DNA of 64,000 nucleotides from Pseudomonas phage vB_PaePAO1-KEN19, in sequence record PP456878.1, one strand, 5' to 3'. Of the stretch, positions 40,438 through 51,315 are shown piece after piece. Position numbers and translations under genes: made by a program. How positions within the stretch are numbered: position 1 is the stretch's first letter; each line of letters begins with the position of its first letter. The notes below the pieces were generated by a model. It was not told where the DNA came from. It searched no databases and saw nothing but the letters and a program-made list of their open reading frames with translations.

Positions 40438-40466
40438 ACCCCCTCCTAAATTGGAGGGGGTTATAT
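40438..40466. terminator. bidirectional hairpin terminator
   Basis: ACCCCCTCCtaaattGGAGGGGGT plus ttatatg. Confidence 0.6.
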
Positions 40467-40475
40467 GCCGTTTTA

Positions 40476-41198
40476 TTAGAAATTACCTTTCTTCATTTTA
40501 GAAAGTAATTTTCTACGTTCAGCTCGGTTAATTCCTGGGATAGCTGGTAATAGCATTTTATTACTAAACTTACCTGGCTTGCGGTCATGATTTAGTAATT
40601 GATCAACTACAGCTTGGTCACTGCTTTTAACTCCATTATCCATTTCATCTAATGGGTCCATAATAGCTTTAGCAGTCAATCTTAGATGAGTAACTAGTTC
40701 ATCAAATGAACTATCGGTATTAATAAGTTGTTTATCAACACCTTCTTTAAGAGCTTGTTTAATAGTTACGTCTTTTACCAGGATATTATCACATTCCCAA
40801 AGAGTTGTATGATGGGTATTTAACATTAATTCAAGTGAGACATTATTGTAATCGTTGTCAGCACTTGAGTGCCAATTGAATTCATCAATATAGTCATTTA
40901 GACTCATTAACTTTGGTGGTTCGTTACTAGAGGTAATTAAACCAATTGGTTGAACATCATCTAGTGAACTTTTATCACTAGTAATTGCAGTTGTTTCAGT
41001 AGTAACATCAACTTCTTTTAATTCGTTGGTATAAGTTACATATACTAATTCTTCACTACCGTCATCCAAAAGAACATAGGCTGTTGCTTTGGTGGAATCA
41101 TCAGGTGCTAATCCATGGATCCTAATACGATTATCATTTACTAATTTACTATAATCATTCCAGGTAATTACGCGGACTTCTTTATTCTCTTTCATCAT
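40476..41198 (-). CDS. hypothetical protein (240 aa)
   Basis: Minus-strand ORF. Confidence 0.45.
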   Translation of the reverse strand: MMKENKEVRVITWNDYSKLVNDNRIRIHGLAPDDSTKATAYVLLDDGSEELVYVTYTNELKEVDVTTETTAITSDKSSLDDVQPIGLITSSNEPPKLMSLNDYIDEFNWHSSADNDYNNVSLELMLNTHHTTLWECDNILVKDVTIKQALKEGVDKQLINTDSSFDELVTHLRLTAKAIMDPLDEMDNGVKSSDQAVVDQLLNHDRKPGKFSNKMLLPAIPGINRAERRKLLSKMKKGNF

Positions 41199-41391
41199 TA
41201 GTTACCTCTTTTAATTTGTCTTTAATATAACTTCGGATAAATGCTCGTTTTTCTTCACGAGTTAACCCAGGTGGAGCGGTTGGTAATGTGATAGTACCAC
41301 TGTTAATTGCCTTCTTCATCCGATCTAAGTCAAAATTAAATTCGGTATGATTTGTCATTATATTGAACCATATTAAGTTAGTAATTGGCAA
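41182..41391 (-). CDS. hypothetical protein (69 aa)
   Basis: Small ORF with a promoter-like motif directly upstream. Confidence 0.4.
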   Translation of the reverse strand: MPITNLIWFNIMTNHTEFNFDLDRMKKAINSGTITLPTAPPGLTREEKRAFIRSYIKDKLKEVTNDERE

Positions 41392-41397
41392 TCAGAC

Positions 41398-41423
41398 TAT
41401 ATAAATCTTAATTATTTTTTAGT
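41398..41423 (-). promoter_or_regulatory. conserved promoter-like motif (variant), minus-strand sense CTAAAAAATAATTAAGATTTATATAG
   Basis: Family member. Confidence 0.4.
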
Positions 41424-41453
41424 ATATAAGCCTCCCACTAGGGGAGGCTATAT
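41423..41453 (-). terminator. terminator palindrome tataaGCCTCCCACTAGGGGAGGCtatat
   Basis: CTAG-loop family hairpin after the DNA polymerase C-part gene. Confidence 0.5.
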
Positions 41454-41456
41454 TTC

Positions 41457-43652
41457 TTAATAGAAGTCAGAGATGAGTCGATCGTTATTTTTATCAATAA
41501 GGAAAATACCTAGGGACTCTAAGGTTAGATAGAATACACCCATAGTGTTTCCAATGATAGTTCTAACGTCAGCAACACGCGTAATAACTTCTGGAATACG
41601 ACCAGTTTCTACTACTGTACTCGGGATATGGAAATCACCAATACTGGTTTTATTTTCTTCAGTAACCCATGCTTGAATACGAGCAGCTAATTTCTTATCT
41701 TCGATACCATCAATCCATTCTTTGATCGCAGTTTTATTATTAAGAGTAACTGAGATCTTTACATGTGAATAAGGTGGATCACCAGCGTCACCAAATGATG
41801 GAGCAAATACAGTCTTCCACACTAATCCCTTTTTATGGGTTGAGTTATCTTCAGATTTATAAGACTCAGGTCGTTTAGTTTGACCACTTGTCAGATACTC
41901 AGCTTTACCACTTCTAACAGACTCAATAATTTCTCTTTCGATATCACCAACTTCTTTTAGAATTGAAGCCAAGTCGATTTTCTCTTCAGTCTTTACAGTT
42001 TTAATGATATCTTCCATGAGTGTTTTAGCACGACTATTAATCTTCTTAGGTACTTTACTATCCCTTAGTCCTACACCCTTGATCTCCATTCGTGACTCAT
42101 TAAACATTACCCCTTCTTGGGCATCCTGTGATGCAAAGTAATGTTTAGAACGAGTAGTTAAGGCCAGTACTGCGAAATAATATTCGTTCTTCATTGCAAA
42201 TAGACGAAGCTTATCTTTAGATACACCCATATTAGCGGATTGAATCGCCAAGATATGCATAACTACTTCAGACACTAGAAACACTAGTGCGAATACTAGT
42301 CGCTTAGCTTCATTGCTAAAAGTTACTTTACCAAAGAATTCCTCAACCCACCATTGTAATGTAAACATAGTGGAGTCAGTATCTGAAATAACAGCAGCTC
42401 GTCTATACACAGTTGGAAAAGCATGAATGCTTGATGGTACACATTTAGTCAAGAAGAAAGCTTCAATCAATAGACGATATTCATTAAGAGTTTCAGCGAT
42501 ATTTCGACCAGTGGCATAAACTTGGTTTAATGTATCTGGATCTGACTCTTTTAGTTTAGCTTTAGATCGACCTTTAACAGTATCAAAGCAAATAAAGCTA
42601 GCCAATAGATCCATATCACCATCATAAGTTGAATATTCTTCTTCAGTGATGATTTGTTCTTTTGTTCCAACCTGGCTTAATTTAATTAGAAAGCTCTTGA
42701 TTAATTCTTTATTGTATTTATATAAGTGATATAGATCACCTACGTACATAACTGCTGCTCGTTCGACTGGTGTCATCCCAGTAGCTAGTTTTAAAATCTG
42801 CGCCGTGTAGTACTTATTTTGCCAATAGTGTTTAGTTGAATAAAGAACCATATCAACTACTTCTTCTGGCGTTGGGCAATGTAGATTAAAATTAGTTACT
42901 GCTTTTTGAATTAACTCCATATCAGCTACATTAATAGTGTTTACTAAATTAGCTTTTGTGATTTCTGGAGTATAATAATGCCTATTACCCATAATGAATT
43001 TTTCATTATTTGAGTTAGCATAAGAGGTACCAGTTCTACAGGTAGATGTTAAACTAGAGTGTGTGGACTTATAATAAAGAATAGTGGCAGCAGATACAGT
43101 ACCGCCTGAATATGAGTTATTGTTAATTTTGAAGTTTTCTTGCTCGCCTTTACGTACTTGTGCAAGTTCTGTTTTAATTTGTGAATTCTCTTTATCGCCG
43201 GCCTGTAGGAAAGCAGCTGCTTCACGTTCAGCCTGCATCTGTTCACCTTTAACACGCTTACGGTTTTTCACACCTTCGGCAATATAGATGGAGTGCGTAG
43301 ACTGTCTAACAGACTCTGGTAAATATGCGGTCATTGATGGAGATAATAATAGATTCTGTTTCTTAACACGGTTAAGAAAAGCCATAAATGAAACCGTCTT
43401 TAATTCCCTATCACCAAACTTATTTTTATCTAGAATAGTTGCTAATGGATTACGAAGTGCATATTCGCCATTTTGACGTAATTGTTCTTTAACAAATTCT
43501 TTACATTCTTCTAAACTAATATTTAATTCATCTTTTGTCATTAATTGAAGATATTTGGCATTATCATCAAGACATGCATTAATGATATCAATATCACGAT
43601 GGTAATCATTGACATCTTTTAAAAACGGATTTGGTTGGGCAAATGCGGTCAT
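41457..43652 (-). CDS. family B DNA polymerase, C-terminal catalytic part (motifs B and C, thumb)
   Basis: Motif B FKINNNSYSGG matches KxxxNSxYG. Motif C AVISDTDSTMF matches YGDTDS. It has no exonuclease motifs and no motif A; these are in 5828-7744. Confidence 0.7.
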   Translation of the reverse strand: MTAFAQPNPFLKDVNDYHRDIDIINACLDDNAKYLQLMTKDELNISLEECKEFVKEQLRQNGEYALRNPLATILDKNKFGDRELKTVSFMAFLNRVKKQNLLLSPSMTAYLPESVRQSTHSIYIAEGVKNRKRVKGEQMQAEREAAAFLQAGDKENSQIKTELAQVRKGEQENFKINNNSYSGGTVSAATILYYKSTHSSLTSTCRTGTSYANSNNEKFIMGNRHYYTPEITKANLVNTINVADMELIQKAVTNFNLHCPTPEEVVDMVLYSTKHYWQNKYYTAQILKLATGMTPVERAAVMYVGDLYHLYKYNKELIKSFLIKLSQVGTKEQIITEEEYSTYDGDMDLLASFICFDTVKGRSKAKLKESDPDTLNQVYATGRNIAETLNEYRLLIEAFFLTKCVPSSIHAFPTVYRRAAVISDTDSTMFTLQWWVEEFFGKVTFSNEAKRLVFALVFLVSEVVMHILAIQSANMGVSKDKLRLFAMKNEYYFAVLALTTRSKHYFASQDAQEGVMFNESRMEIKGVGLRDSKVPKKINSRAKTLMEDIIKTVKTEEKIDLASILKEVGDIEREIIESVRSGKAEYLTSGQTKRPESYKSEDNSTHKKGLVWKTVFAPSFGDAGDPPYSHVKISVTLNNKTAIKEWIDGIEDKKLAARIQAWVTEENKTSIGDFHIPSTVVETGRIPEVITRVADVRTIIGNTMGVFYLTLESLGIFLIDKNNDRLISDFY

Positions 43653-43826
43653 TTCACATATCTCTCAGTATACTTATTTTTAATTATAGTGAATGATTTC
43701 TCTCTCTTTAACTAAAAAAGAAAAGGAAAGAATGGGTACCCTATACGGGCACCCTAAATTGAGAGGTAGCACATCAACTTACATTCACATTAGATGATGT
43801 AAGCAAGTAAAAATAATACAACATAA

Positions 43827-43847
43827 AAGGAGCCATAATGGCTCCTT
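43827..43847 (-). terminator. intrinsic terminator
   Basis: Minus strand reads aaggagccattatggctcctt, then ttatgttgtattattttt. Confidence 0.6.
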
Positions 43848-43852
43848 TATAG

Positions 43853-44278
<426 letters not shown>

Positions 44279-44303
44279 CTAAAATAGTTGGTTACATAGG
44301 GTA

Positions 44304-44687
44304 TTACTCATCTAGTAATACAACTACACCAAACAGACCTTTTGTATCCATTGGCACTGTAATTAATACATGTCCATTTGGATATTTTTCTTTAAAGCTA
44401 TTGATAAAGTCGGTACAATATTCAATAACATATCCTTTAGTAGAATAATTCTCTAACTCAATATCTTCGTCAGGATCATCAAATGAGTCATGTCCATACA
44501 TCAGCATATGGATATATATGTCATTATTAAGCGTATCCATATAACTTAACTTACGTGATTCTTCAAATAAATCAAGTGGTGTTGGACAATCTGGATATAT
44601 CATTCGTTTTGTATATTCACGAAGCAAATGTTGCGAATATATTTCTGACTCTTTAGATTTAAATACGATAAATACTCGTTTTTCCAT
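44304..44687 (-). CDS. hypothetical protein (127 aa)
   Basis: Minus-strand ORF. Confidence 0.45.
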   Translation of the reverse strand: MEKRVFIVFKSKESEIYSQHLLREYTKRMIYPDCPTPLDLFEESRKLSYMDTLNNDIYIHMLMYGHDSFDDPDEDIELENYSTKGYVIEYCTDFINSFKEKYPNGHVLITVPMDTKGLFGVVVLLDE

Positions 44688-44759
44688 ATCGGTTCCTAGT
44701 AGGAAGCCTATGTGAACCGATAGGCTTTCCTATTTACGTCAATTGTTAATATGTGTCAC

Positions 44760-45296
44760 TTAATCCACATCATTGTAGCAGTCCATACCAAAGTCTTCAC
44801 CTTCTAGAATATAACCTTGATTATGTTGATCAACTGCGATTGATTGGATTCTTTCTACACCATATCCATTCTGATAAAGATGTGCTATTTCAGATTGTAG
44901 TTTACTAGCCAGTGTTTTACACACAGCTGCAAACCACATATTAAGAATACTCAATGCATATTTATCTTGCATAATCACAGGCGCTACTGATGGAAAGTAT
45001 TCTTGTAAATAATAGTCAACCCCTATAATTGGTTGAGTAGGCTGTTGTGCTAGAAATTCAATATATGCATTAATCGCCTGATACCATAACTGTTCTATAG
45101 ATTGGTGTTCAGTATATGGGTAAGGAGTATTGTAAGACTTATTGACAACTACATCAGCCATTTTATTAACAATGGGCCAGATATCACTGATGTTAATAAC
45201 TACGAAACTCGTCATTCCTTGTTGGCCTGGAGTTATGTTATTAGCATCATTTATCCGCTGCATTTCTTGTTGTCTATAAAGAAGTGGATGCATCAT
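44760..45296 (-). CDS. hypothetical protein (178 aa)
   Basis: Minus-strand ORF. 4-nt overlap with the next gene. Confidence 0.45.
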   Translation of the reverse strand: MMHPLLYRQQEMQRINDANNITPGQQGMTSFVVINISDIWPIVNKMADVVVNKSYNTPYPYTEHQSIEQLWYQAINAYIEFLAQQPTQPIIGVDYYLQEYFPSVAPVIMQDKYALSILNMWFAAVCKTLASKLQSEIAHLYQNGYGVERIQSIAVDQHNQGYILEGEDFGMDCYNDVD

Positions 45297-45727
45297 GTTT
45301 GAGACCTCATAACTAATTTAGTTACCATCTTATATTTATCTACTTCTATACATTTAAGACTAGTAATAAGATTACCTGCTTGAATAACTTGTTTTTGGAT
45401 TATCTCTAAGAAATCAGTTCCAAATAAATCCAATACCCTTTCGATAATCTCAGCAGATCTTAAGTGCCAATTGATAGTATTAGGATTTCCCTGATGATCA
45501 AATACCATCATGCTCATCGGTCTATCTGGTTCTATATAGGTATCGCTTAAGTAATCTTCTAACCATTGCTCTAAAAAGGTAGGCCAATCTAATCTCTGCC
45601 AGTGGTTAAAGTATTCTACATATGCTGCTAGAAGTCTATTGATACACCACAGTACAAAGTCAGTCGGTTCATCTACACCTAGCTCTTCCGTAAAAGAACG
45701 CGGTTTCAAAATTAGCAACAATTGCAT
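45293..45727 (-). CDS. hypothetical protein (144 aa)
   Basis: Minus-strand ORF. Confidence 0.4.
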   Translation of the reverse strand: MQLLLILKPRSFTEELGVDEPTDFVLWCINRLLAAYVEYFNHWQRLDWPTFLEQWLEDYLSDTYIEPDRPMSMMVFDHQGNPNTINWHLRSAEIIERVLDLFGTDFLEIIQKQVIQAGNLITSLKCIEVDKYKMVTKLVMRSQT

Positions 45728-46184
45728 ATTGACTCCACTCTTTACCAGTGACTATAGTTAATAGAACAACTTTGTTATCTATTACACTAATGAACTTATA
45801 GTCTATTAAATTCTTCGGTGTTCTATGTAGTAATTGGATTCCAGTTGTATAGAACAAATTAATGAACTCATCCCAATCTGGACCATTTCCTAGTTGTATT
45901 GATATATCCACAAAAGGAATAACCGTATTATCCTGTTGTAATTTAGACATCATCTTAACAACCCATTGAGTTAATAAGACGATGACTGTAGCTTCATCTT
46001 TATTTGTTAGGTAAGTAAATTTCTTTATCAATGTGATTAATTGTGGGAATGCCACTTCGATTGGCAATACATATACCAGACGTTGTACTTCCTCCGATGT
46101 ACAATCCATCTCGTGCTTCTGTTTCATACCACAGTTCCTTAGTATTTGTTGGAATGAGGTGCATGATCTGCTCAGCACCCTCAT
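45669..46184 (-). CDS. hypothetical protein (start uncertain)
   Basis: Overlaps the upstream ORF by 185 nt. The true start is probably the internal MMSKLQQ near 45950. Confidence 0.35.
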   Translation of the reverse strand: MRVLSRSCTSFQQILRNCGMKQKHEMDCTSEEVQRLVYVLPIEVAFPQLITLIKKFTYLTNKDEATVIVLLTQWVVKMMSKLQQDNTVIPFVDISIQLGNGPDWDEFINLFYTTGIQLLHRTPKNLIDYKFISVIDNKVVLLTIVTGKEWSQYAIVANFETAFFYGRARCR

Positions 46185-46452
46185 CGAGAAGTTCTATTAG
46201 TTTATGCATGAAATGAATGTCTTTAGCATATTCATAGAACATTTCTTCTTTAACGACCATTTGCATAAGCTTCTGTTCTGCCAATGCAACAAGCAAATGC
46301 ATTGCTTCGATATAACTAATATCTAAAAAGTCCAATACAAATCTTAGATAGTTATCATCTTTAATAAGTTTACTTTTAGTCGCTCTTAGTAAAAAACGAG
46401 GTTGTGGTGTGGGTAATGGTGACGTATAGATCTTCTGGTTTCTCAGTATCAT
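46000..46452 (-). CDS. hypothetical protein (150 aa)
   Basis: Minus-strand ORF in a run of small overlapping genes. Confidence 0.4.
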   Translation of the reverse strand: MILRNQKIYTSPLPTPQPRFLLRATKSKLIKDDNYLRFVLDFLDISYIEAMHLLVALAEQKLMQMVVKEEMFYEYAKDIHFMHKLIELLDEGAEQIMHLIPTNTKELWYETEARDGLYIGGSTTSGICIANRSGIPTINHIDKEIYLPNK

Positions 46453-46765
46453 AAATAACCCTATTTAACTGGATGTTACCAGCTGATGGTAGAACTACCC
46501 GGTTAGAACAATTATACAGATAAGTTGTTAAATTAATATCACAAATATCCCTATAACCCAGCATCTGATTAATTAGTTCTATGACATCATTAGATGTGCT
46601 ACCCGATGCCCTCTCAGACGCTGCTGCCAATACAATTGTTAATGCATATTCTGCACCAATACTATTTTTTATAGATTTCCAAATATCAGAATGTTGATCT
46701 TGTACAAAAGATCTTACTTCCATTCTGATACACATTGATGTGTCTTTATCATTAGATATGTTCAT
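46376..46765 (-). CDS. hypothetical protein (129 aa)
   Basis: Minus-strand ORF. Confidence 0.4.
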   Translation of the reverse strand: MNISNDKDTSMCIRMEVRSFVQDQHSDIWKSIKNSIGAEYALTIVLAAASERASGSTSNDVIELINQMLGYRDICDINLTTYLYNCSNRVVLPSAGNIQLNRVIYDTEKPEDLYVTITHTTTSFFTKSD

Positions 46766-46789
46766 TATAAAAACCTTATAATCGGTATA

Positions 46790-46812
46790 AAGCCCCCCAT
46801 AAGGAGGGCTTT
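46790..46812 (-). terminator. hairpin terminator (imperfect)
   Basis: aagccccccataaggagggctt with one mismatch in the stem. Confidence 0.35.
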
Positions 46813-46814
46813 AT

Positions 46815-47888
46815 TTAGTATAGATTATTTTCTAAAATGTATCGCTCAGCTTGCGCTCGCTGATCATCAGGTAAATAATCACCACGTTGATATTCAAATA
46901 CTAATTTCTCAATAGGATAAGTTGCATTCTTATTCTTGTATACAGAAATTACATAGCTATGATACTCTAGTTCATACTTAACGTCATGCTCAATTCTGGT
47001 TGAAAAATATGCCATGTTAATAGAACTAACTAGAGGGCTAATATATTTCTCTTCAAATAGTAATAAATTATCAAGTCCTAAACTTGCAAAGAAATCATGG
47101 TTAACCTTAGGTATTAGATAAGATACTTTAATATTACTATATTGTTTAACAATTACACCAATAAGTAATGCAGTTAACTGTTCTTGAATATATTCTACTG
47201 CGATGTTATATGCATGGTTAGTGGTGATGTGGTCTTTATTTAAAGTATAGCTACCACCATTAGCAAGAGATAGCTGAGTTTTACGCCTAGATTCGTAGAT
47301 ACTATAACCTAATGTTTGTAAATTAATTCTGTCAAAGCCATGGAAGAATGTACGGAGAAATTCACTAAATAAATAGTTTAATGGGTTCAGTAGGTTAAGT
47401 GATACCACTGCATGATCATCACCATTATCAATCCCATGGACACGATCATATTCCGCGATACGATAATCTTTGCCACTGATTAAAGTTATAACTGAACCAG
47501 CTTTAACTACATCCCATTGGATCCATGTACCGCTATCGATATATTTAGCTACTTGTTTATAGATATCTAGATAGATAGTTTCTAGATAAGGTAGTTTCAT
47601 TAGATTTTCTACCCAAGCAACTTTATTACTATCTACGTCAGTTACAGCACAATTAAAAATAGCTGCTGCCATCTTAAGATTGGTGTACTGGTCTTTGGCT
47701 GTTTTATATGAAACTAAACTCTCTACTATATTTTCAACCATTAGATGTAAAAACTGTTGAGCCACATCTTTACTCAATTTCACCCCAATCGCTTCATCAA
47801 TTGAAGCTGAAGCTGTAAGCTGACCTAGTAAATCGTATATTGCTTTTTCTTGGTGGCGCGTATCAAGTACAATGAGCTTATTCGACAT
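46815..47888 (-). CDS. hypothetical protein (357 aa)
   Basis: Minus-strand ORF. Confidence 0.5.
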   Translation of the reverse strand: MSNKLIVLDTRHQEKAIYDLLGQLTASASIDEAIGVKLSKDVAQQFLHLMVENIVESLVSYKTAKDQYTNLKMAAAIFNCAVTDVDSNKVAWVENLMKLPYLETIYLDIYKQVAKYIDSGTWIQWDVVKAGSVITLISGKDYRIAEYDRVHGIDNGDDHAVVSLNLLNPLNYLFSEFLRTFFHGFDRINLQTLGYSIYESRRKTQLSLANGGSYTLNKDHITTNHAYNIAVEYIQEQLTALLIGVIVKQYSNIKVSYLIPKVNHDFFASLGLDNLLLFEEKYISPLVSSINMAYFSTRIEHDVKYELEYHSYVISVYKNKNATYPIEKLVFEYQRGDYLPDDQRAQAERYILENNLY

Positions 47889-47901
47889 TATATTTCTCCA
47901 A

Positions 47902-48330
47902 TTAATTTTTTGGAATAGCGATCCAAACTGTGTTCTTTAACCGATAAAATATTACAAACTTACCTGCATTTACTCTAGGTATAATTTTTAATATATCCCA
48001 AAGATCAGATGCGGCCTCATGATTATCATGAAACCATTGGATTTCTTGAGGGGTGTTATTTATTGGATTATATCCAGTAGTATACATGAATTCAAAAGAG
48101 TCAATAGAATATTTAAAGAAGTCATCAATTAAGCTGTCCTCTACTGATTTAAATATATGCTCTAATGTACCATAGTCATCTGGATGTATTCCAAAGCTTT
48201 GGCACCTAATTGCTAAACGAGCATTTATTAGCTCTTTTGGCGATCTTGGTACTAACTTGGCTATCACCCTCGTTACATCTATTACATACAGGTCAGCTAC
48301 TTGGGGAGTAGTCACAGTACAATCTCTCAT
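47902..48330 (-). CDS. hypothetical protein (142 aa)
   Basis: Minus-strand ORF. The promoter-like motif lies only ~13 nt upstream of the ATG. Confidence 0.45.
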   Translation of the reverse strand: MRDCTVTTPQVADLYVIDVTRVIAKLVPRSPKELINARLAIRCQSFGIHPDDYGTLEHIFKSVEDSLIDDFFKYSIDSFEFMYTTGYNPINNTPQEIQWFHDNHEAASDLWDILKIIPRVNAGKFVIFYRLKNTVWIAIPKN

Positions 48331-48346
48331 TAAATGTTCAGGAACA

Positions 48347-48372
48347 TGATATAGATCTAAAAATATTTTTAG
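48347..48372 (-). promoter_or_regulatory. conserved promoter-like motif, minus-strand sense CTAAAAATATTTTTAGATCTATATCA
   Basis: Family member. Confidence 0.45.
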
Positions 48373-48457
48373 TCAAATCTGTTCGTGGTAAGCCGATGTA
48401 TATTATACCTTAGTTGGGTATTATCTCCATCGAAAAAACGCGTACAGCGCATTATAG

Positions 48458-49267
<810 letters not shown>

Positions 49268-49286
49268 AAAAAAATAAAAAAAAGAC

Positions 49287-49317
49287 ATAATGCCCTCCCA
49301 TTGCGGGAGGGCTTATG
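49287..49317. terminator. bidirectional terminator palindrome cataatGCCCTCCCattgcgGGGAGGGCttatg
   Basis: On the minus strand it is followed by a long U-run (tttttttttatttttttttatt). It is the exact reverse complement of the element at 58988-59019. Confidence 0.65.
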
Positions 49318-49375
49318 CCATTAAGATAATATCTAAATAACACTATATTTAAAAACATACTGGTATAACCCATCA

Positions 49376-49681
49376 TCAATTAATACTGTTGAGAATCTTT
49401 TTGATGAGATCACCAGGTGCAATACCAATACCTGAACAATACCGTCTAAAGTTATTACACGGTTGACATGCTTTCTTTTCAACGATATTTAATTCAAAGC
49501 AAATATTGCCACGTGAATCTAGAATGGATATAAATGCTTTGTTACCTGTTACGCGATATGTCTTACCGAATACAACAGTTGTTTTATATGCAAGGCTATT
49601 CATGATTATTCCTTTAACATGGATTATTATCATGTTTGTAATATAGCCTTTAAATGTATTTAAATATTTATTAAACCCCAT
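49376..49681 (-). CDS. hypothetical Cys-rich small protein (101 aa)
   Basis: CQPCNNFRRYC. Confidence 0.4.
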   Translation of the reverse strand: MGFNKYLNTFKGYITNMIIIHVKGIIMNSLAYKTTVVFGKTYRVTGNKAFISILDSRGNICFELNIVEKKACQPCNNFRRYCSGIGIAPGDLIKKILNSIN

Positions 49682-49958
49682 AGCGATGAGCTATATATGT
49701 TTTTAATACCTCATATGCCTTATCAGTTGCCATGGAACTATTGACAAAATCAGAATGATCAATCTTAATAATCTTACCGAATGAATCATAATCGATAGTT
49801 GTAACTGCTATTCGATCACTATCACGGATCAATAGTTTATTTTTATTTAAAACAAAAATATTCCATTTCTCGCCATCGGCTAAAATAACATCCTCATCTT
49901 TAAGATTAAGACGAACAAACTGTTTTACATAAATACTTAACTGAGCAACTGTTGACAT
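49671..49958 (-). CDS. hypothetical protein (95 aa)
   Basis: Minus-strand ORF. Confidence 0.4.
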   Translation of the reverse strand: MSTVAQLSIYVKQFVRLNLKDEDVILADGEKWNIFVLNKNKLLIRDSDRIAVTTIDYDSFGKIIKIDHSDFVNSSMATDKAYEVLKTYIAHRYGV

Positions 49959-50269
49959 AATGATTTCTCGATATCTGTTAATGAAATAATCATATCTTGG
50001 ACATTGATGGTAATAACATTTTTATAAGTTAAATAAGTTGGATATGAACCCATAAATGTAATAGTCCCACAGATATGATTTTTATATCTAATATCAACAC
50101 ATCCGTCATATCTCCAGATAAAATCAAATGATCCTTTAGTGTGGTGTTCAAGTGAAAGAATAGAACCACTAACTAATTTAGGATATTGTTCAAATTCAGA
50201 CATTACATAATCTGCCAGTTCCTTAACCTCAGGATAATCAATCAATAATAGCATATACGTAAATCTCAA
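49937..50269 (-). CDS. hypothetical protein (110 aa)
   Basis: Minus-strand ORF. Confidence 0.4.
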   Translation of the reverse strand: MRFTYMLLLIDYPEVKELADYVMSEFEQYPKLVSGSILSLEHHTKGSFDFIWRYDGCVDIRYKNHICGTITFMGSYPTYLTYKNVITINVQDMIISLTDIEKSLCQQLLS

Positions 50270-50739
50270 TTAGTTAATATAACACCCCATCCAGGGTGGA
50301 CTCTTTCGAAAAATGGTAATGTATTATTTCGTATACTGTCTGCATCAATATTTGGAATGTGGATGGTACAACAGTGGGGGTTACTGTCAATCTTGAAATA
50401 GAAATTATCTTTTAAATCTTCAACCTTGGATGTTTGTAATGGATATAAAATACCATTCCCCCAAACATACCAACGTCTATACAGCTTATCGTTTAACCGC
50501 TTCTCAATAACCGAATGCGATTTGAAACGAGGAACTCGCAAACGCATCCCGTTTACTTCAGCCCATTTGTCTACCCGATCATAGCTAATAATTCCATCCT
50601 TAACCATTACAAAGATAAATCCCTCAACTATGTTGGGGAGACGAACTACGTGTTTCAGAACCATAGTAAACGGAGATAACGTCAGATCAAGTTCAGCTGC
50701 CATTTGCTCGTCGAGCTTTTTAGCAGTGTTCTTTGCCAT
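50266..50739 (-). CDS. hypothetical protein (157 aa)
   Basis: Minus-strand ORF. Confidence 0.45.
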   Translation of the reverse strand: MAKNTAKKLDEQMAAELDLTLSPFTMVLKHVVRLPNIVEGFIFVMVKDGIISYDRVDKWAEVNGMRLRVPRFKSHSVIEKRLNDKLYRRWYVWGNGILYPLQTSKVEDLKDNFYFKIDSNPHCCTIHIPNIDADSIRNNTLPFFERVHPGWGVILTN

Positions 50740-50778
50740 CGGTTATCTCCTAATATACAGATTATTAATTATCGCTAG

Positions 50779-51261
50779 TTATTTAATATCTGCAAAATTC
50801 TGATTTACTTTACCCATAAAAATACCATCGGCTCTATCGTCATAATAAAGCTTCCCTGCTTTAGCATTACATAGAACTCCATAAATGTGACCATTGTAAC
50901 CATCAAAATTAAATAAAGATGGATTATGCGGTACATGAATGAATCCCATTTTATCGCACAGAAACTTAGCTACAGCAGCCGATCGGCTAATACCTGCCTC
51001 ACAGTGTACGAATAGGTGTTGACCCTTACCAAGAGCTTCACAGAAGGAAATAATACGTTGTGCATGCCGATGATCAAATAGATCATAAGAAGAATCAACA
51101 TAATCCTCAATGTCATCAACATTGATACGTAAATAATTAAGATGTTTTGCTGAATAAAGTGGGACTCTACCTTTCTCCAGTAGACAGATCATATTTCTAG
51201 GGGAATAAAATGATTCAGCTACATGCAAAGGAATATAAGTAACTGTATTTACTGGTTTCAT
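50779..51261 (-). CDS. dual-specificity / protein tyrosine phosphatase-like protein
   Basis: VHCEAGISRSAAV matches the HCxxGxxRS (CX5R) P-loop signature of PTP/DSP enzymes. Confidence 0.6.
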   Translation of the reverse strand: MKPVNTVTYIPLHVAESFYSPRNMICLLEKGRVPLYSAKHLNYLRINVDDIEDYVDSSYDLFDHRHAQRIISFCEALGKGQHLFVHCEAGISRSAAVAKFLCDKMGFIHVPHNPSLFNFDGYNGHIYGVLCNAKAGKLYYDDRADGIFMGKVNQNFADIK

Positions 51262-51274
51262 ATTACACCTCGTT

Positions 51275-51307
51275 ACAAAAAAAATAAAAGGAGCCCCGAA
51301 GGGCTCC
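51275..51307 (-). terminator. intrinsic terminator after the PhuZ gene
   Basis: Minus strand reads ggagcccttcggggctcc, then ttttattttttttgtaacg. Confidence 0.6.
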
Positions 51308-51315
51308 AGTATAAG